Shown here piece by piece: positions 59,580-64,000 of a stretch of DNA of 64,000 nt. Source of the DNA: Lama guanicoe (Eukaryota). The translations under genes were made by a program, and so were the position numbers. Under the pieces are notes generated by a model, which saw only the letters and a program-made list of their open reading frames with translations, was not told where the DNA came from and ran no database searches. The stretch lies in assembly GCA_013239625.1 (NCBI GenBank), contig MU056898.1:1021717-1085716 (forward strand), written 5' to 3'. How positions within the stretch are numbered: position 1 is the stretch's first letter; each line of letters opens with the position of its first letter.

Positions 59580-60430
59580 GATCAGGCCCCCGCCCTGCGG
59601 AGCATCACGCAGACCCTCGGGGCTCTGGTGCCTGCCGCGGGCCGTGCTTCGGGGGCTGCCCCGACCGGCCGCACCATCCACGTTGCACGGGGAGACACTC
59701 GCCCTGAAGGTCTGCCGGTGTGCGGCCTGCTCGGCGGGGGCGCCTGCGGCCTCCGCGTCAGGACCGCCACGGCTCTGTCAGGCTGAGCGGCGTGTGCTCC
59801 GCTCGGTCTCCCGGCGTCCCCGCCGCGCTCCTCCGGGGAGGAGCGCGTGCACCTAACTCTGCAGTTCTGGCGCTCACGGGGGCGCGTCCTCACAGCTGTC
59901 TTCAGCGCCTACGCTTCCCGTGAGAACGGAGGTGCTGTCCGTTTGTGGGGCACAAACTCGCCGTGCCACCTCAGAGCTGGAAAGGCCTAGAGCTGTGTGG
60001 TCTGGTTCTGCCCTGTGGTTGCTGCCCGCAGGGAGTCTGCCATCCGCAGTGTCCACTTGGCCTGGTTTGGACGCTCCCCGCAGGAGCCCCGTGGTCCCCG
60101 CGTCCGCGTGTCCGGTCCCCCTGTGACGCCCCAGCGGCAGGTGTTCGCGCCCGCCTCGGTGCCCGGTTGTGCAGCGGCGTCTCTGTGAGCGCGTCCTGGC
60201 AGGGCTCCACCCCGCGGTGCCCCCAGACGTCGCCCCACGGCGGAGGCCGCCCTGCCCTGGCCGGGCTGCCGTCTCAGCACGGTCTGGCGCCGGGCCCGCC
60301 GGAGGGCGCTCCGTGTCCGCGCTCGGCCCCGGGCAGGGGGAGGGCCGCGTCTCTGAGGCCCGCGCTCCTCTCCCGTGTGAAGCTCTGCGCCACGGGGCTT
60401 CGGGCCGTGTTCTCGTCTTGGTCGCCCCAG
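59580..60430. promoter_or_regulatory. Intronic CpG-island-like region
   Basis: Highest CpG density in the window by eye (ccggcgtccccgccgcgc, ggcgccgggcccgccggagggcgc); no repeat recognised. Confidence 0.55.
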
Positions 60431-63400
60431 CTCGCCTTTCCTGGCATGTGCTCCTGTGTACAAATCTCTCTTGGAATGATGCGCCAGAATAATTACAATG
60501 TTTTATGTTTTAAAAAAGCCTTGGTTTTGTGTTGTTGGGGAAACAAAGCGATGGAAGACACAGCTCCTGGTGTCTGGCGGCTTCTGGGAACGGCTCTCAT
60601 AAACGGCCCTGAAGGCCCGGCCAGGGCTGGGGATGTGCTCCCGCTCGCGTGGGGGGCCTTTGGCTCAGCGTCTGGGAGCCGTGCCCGCACTGCAGGCACC
60701 TCCTCCCCTCTGGGTGTCCCGGGCCTCACAGTAGTGGCTGGGGAGGGCTGACCCCGGGGGTGTGGCCTTATTTCAGCCTGGGGGAAGTCGTGGGGGGGTA
60801 ATGTGACCAGAGCTCTACTTCATGCAGGTGTTACTTGGCTTAACACACAGGACGAGCTGTTGGGTGGGAGTGGGCCAGTGGGAAACCAGTGGGAGAGGGG
60901 TGCTGGCTTCCAGGAAGTCGTGCGGGATGTCCGGTGGTGGGGCCAGGCTGTGGCAGCCCCCGGACGCAGAGGGCGGAGAGCAGGGGAGGCTGTCGGGTGT
61001 CTAACTCTTGAGCTTTTAATCCAGAGAACTTGGGAGGAGGGACGGGATTGCCCACAGGCCCCAGGCTTAAAGTGGCTGTTTGGGAATTGGAGGTGCCTCT
61101 GTGGCCTTCCGGGAGGGAGGCCCAGCAGGAGTGGGGAGGCCCAGGCTGGCATCAGACGTTGAGATGAGGAGTGAGCTGTGACTCCTTGGCCTGCGATGTT
61201 GATGGTGACCTCTGAGGGGCACTGAGGGCAGCACCTGGGGGCACGCCATTCCAGAGGGAGCCGCGGCCGTGGTCGGGCGGAGGGGGAGCGTAGAGCTGTG
61301 GGCGCTGACACGGAGAGCCAGAGCAGTTGGCTTGGAGCTCTCCTCCCCACGCAGCGCCCGTGCTAAGCTCCGACCACCTCCCACACCTGCCCTCCTTGTC
61401 CTTCCACTGGCCACCCCGGCAGCGGACTCCAGGTACGGGCCCCGGCTTTGCTTGCTGCCCTCCCACCAGGTCAGAGGGCCTGAACTCCCTGCAGGCCGGG
61501 GCAGCCCTGAATCACCGGAGTTGTGTCTCAGAGCCACCGGAGTAGCATCTTCCAGCTTTGTCCCATTAAAATAAGCATGTGCTGTGGCGACCTTGCCCCA
61601 ATGCCCAGGTGGGCTTCTGTCTGGAAGAGTGGGAGGTGGGCCCCGACGATCCAAGGGGCAGCCTCTGGCCCGGAACCTTCTCACTTCAGAGAACTGGGGA
61701 GGGAGGGCCCTTGTTTGGGTCCCTTGTTTTGATTCTTCAAATCGGGAGAGAGTGGAGGGGACAGGAGTGTGTCGGCAGACAGACATGCCAGCGCAGGCCT
61801 TGCACTGCTGGGCGGACCTTGCCTGCAGTCGCTGCCGGGCGGGGCTCGGTGCACAGCTCGAGATTGTGGCTCTTCCTTGCCGACCCGGGTGGGCAGGGCT
61901 GACGGCGTCTCCCAGGGGCTGGTTGCTGAAGCGAGCGCACAAGGAGTCTGGTGTCCTGACCAACGGCTTTGAGCCCGGTCTGCACAGAAGGCAGAGGGAA
62001 GGGGACCCGTGTGTGAAAGAGCCGCTTCCTTTGCTGTAAATAAGCAGCGACCCGCACGGCGGGGGGACCGCCAGACGTGCCATCTGGGCCGTCCTTTATC
62101 CTCCGTCCGACATTGCTTTGGAAGGAAACACAGCCTGTGACCGCACTGCCTCCAGGGGAAGGTCGTCGGTAGAGCCTGCCTCCCAGGGCTCTCCTCTGGG
62201 GACACGAGAGACAGGTGGGGCAGAGCAGCGGACGGATGCACCTCCAGAACCATCGTCGAGCAGGGCTGAGGGGGAGCTCCTCCTGTGTCTGCTCCGAGTC
62301 CCGTGTTCTGGGAAGCCTAGACCTTGAGGGCCTGTCGTCAGCCGGCTTCTTCACGGCTGGTCTGGGAGAAAAGAGCAGAAAAGGCTGAGATGTGCGCCTC
62401 CCACCGTGCTCGGGCCGCTCAGCTGCGCCTCCGGTCCCCGGCCCCAGGTCATTCCTCCGTGCTCGGGTCGCTCAGCGTACACCCCTGTGCGCTCGCGTGT
62501 GCACGCACCTGCACGCCCTGGCCCGTGTGTCCTGTACGTGCTTGTTTGAGGCTGACAGCCTCACAGTCCCAGGAAGAGGCTGTGCTTGTCAGGAGGGAGA
62601 CGGGAGGATGGCCTTCGCTGCGGCAGGTCAGACCAGCGCCTTGAGCTGCTGCGTGCAGGCCAGCTTGTGGGAAGGGCCCTGGAGAGTCGAGTGGCTCTGT
62701 CCCCCAGGCGGGGCGGCAGGCCTGAGGCCAGGTGTTCAGGAATGGCAGGCTTTTTGATGCGGGTGTCGGAGCCCAGGTGGACAGAGGTCCGAGAGCCTCT
62801 CAGTGCCCCTGGGGTCAGGGGGTGTGGTCTTCTGGCTCCTTGGAGCTGCCCCTCTGGGGGCAGTGGTTACTAAGTGTGTTTGGAGGGGACTCGGGGGGCC
62901 CAGGGGCCCCGGATGCTGGCTGTCCTGCTGTTCTTGTGCACGGAAATGAACGACTTAGTCCCAAGGGTCAGGGCGCCCTGTTGGTAAACAAGCAATCGTG
63001 CTAAGAGCCCTCGCACGTGCTGTCCCCGCACCGTCGCCTGGCAGGGGCAGCGGCCTGCCTGCTGTGTTGCGGCTCTGGAGGGCGAGTGTTCCCTGTGCTG
63101 TGTGGGAAGCTGTGTTGAGGCAAGAGTCCCCCTGTGCAGACCCTCTGCCCCCTGGGCCGGTCGTGCCCAGCTTGTCTGGAAGGAGCAGCTCTGGTGACTA
63201 AGCAGGACTGGGGGCAGACTCGGGGGCCCCCTGGCCCGGCCCCAGGAATGCTGTGTGGCCAGGGTCAGAGCCATGTGCTCGTCCCCTCCTCCCTCCGGGT
63301 GGCGCCCGGATGCTCCCCCCAGGGGTGCTCCTTGTGCGCCTTAGCTGCTGCTTCCTGGCGGAAGCCTTCTTAGTCCGAGCACTTGTTCGCGGCCCGCAGC

Positions 63401-64000
63401 TTCCTCTCTCCCAGAGGCACGCCTGTAGTCAGGAGCCCAGGCTCCAGATGGAGCGCCGGCCGGCCACCTCCATGCATGGCGGTGACGGTATCTCCTTGAT
63501 TATGGCCCTTCCCTCATTCTGAAATATCTGGACTCCTTCCCCCGTCCCCCCCACCGTGAAATCCTGAAATCTGCTGACCTGTCCCACCTTTGCCTGGGTC
63601 TCCTCTGACATCCAGCTGGCGCAGCCACCCTCACCAGTGCGTCACGTGGCGTGACCTGCTTTCCCTGTGCCCGTGTGTCCGCAGGCCCCCGAGTTGGCTC
63701 ATCCACGCCCCGTCCTCCCTGCACCTCCTCCGCACCCCTCCTGTCACCTCCACTGGGGTGCCCCTGACCGTGTCCCCGAGCTCGCCCACGCCCGCTCTGC
63801 TGAGTCATCCTGCCTGCCAGGAGGAAGGAGGGCGGGGCTCCTCCTCGCTGGTTTAGGAACCGTTCGTTGCACACCTGCCCTTGAGGGGCGCGTCTTAGGT
63901 GCTTCAGGGAGCATGTGGATGAATCACGCTGGGTCCTGTTCAGCCTTCAGCGTTCGTTTCAAACGGAGCCACCTACTCACTGATTTCGTTCAGGCTGCAC

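Larger units (their letters stand above)
33437..64000 (+). other. MAD1L1: MAD1L1 intron downstream of the exon (5' part; next exon lies outside the window)
   Basis: Begins with the GTAGGT donor. No sequence encoding the next MAD1 peptide (ARGLEKARQQLQEE..) was recognised. Confidence 0.85.

Noticed and set aside
61067-62083. 338-aa minus-strand ORF, and similar ORFs at 57238-58053, 59945-60751, 41434-42234 and 2097-2810
   Set aside because: Low-complexity GC-driven composition, overlapping ORFs in several frames, and no recognised homology.
1-64000. Novel multi-gene or prokaryote-type system; intronic miRNA or snoRNA
   Set aside because: There is no operon-like gene density and no recognisable non-transposon protein other than the MAD1L1 exon. 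No RNA gene could be supported by eye; an Rfam/Infernal scan would be needed to exclude one.

Overview
This is mammalian genomic DNA, GC- and CpG-rich, most likely from a camelid: two tRNA-derived Vic-1-type SINEs and cetartiodactyl-type L1 and LTR fragments are present. The window is almost entirely intronic. The only coding sequence I can support is one 87-nt internal exon of MAD1L1 (mitotic arrest deficient 1 like 1) on the + strand at 33350-33436, encoding (R)[28 protein letters not shown](S), which corresponds to human exon 11. The rest is flanking intron filled with fossil elements (L1, HAL1, L2, MIR, Tigger, Charlie, MLT1, MER21, ERV solo LTRs). Nearly all entries in the ORF track are chance ORFs of GC-rich DNA. 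I do not see a convincing new multi-gene system. The best leads are: (1) a 27/32-bp minisatellite inside a Tigger fossil that forms a tandem CTCF-like motif array; (2) a ~4.5-kb block with flipped A/T strand asymmetry, a candidate inversion; (3) two frame-preserving candidate cassette exons (5552-5611 and 36027-36161); (4) a chimeric stretch mixing 3'UTR-like sequence and L1 at ~52.05-52.74 kb; (5) strong AT-to-GC drift of old repeats. Repeat family names come from remembered consensus sequences, not from a database search, and their boundaries are approximate unless target-site duplications (TSDs) are given.
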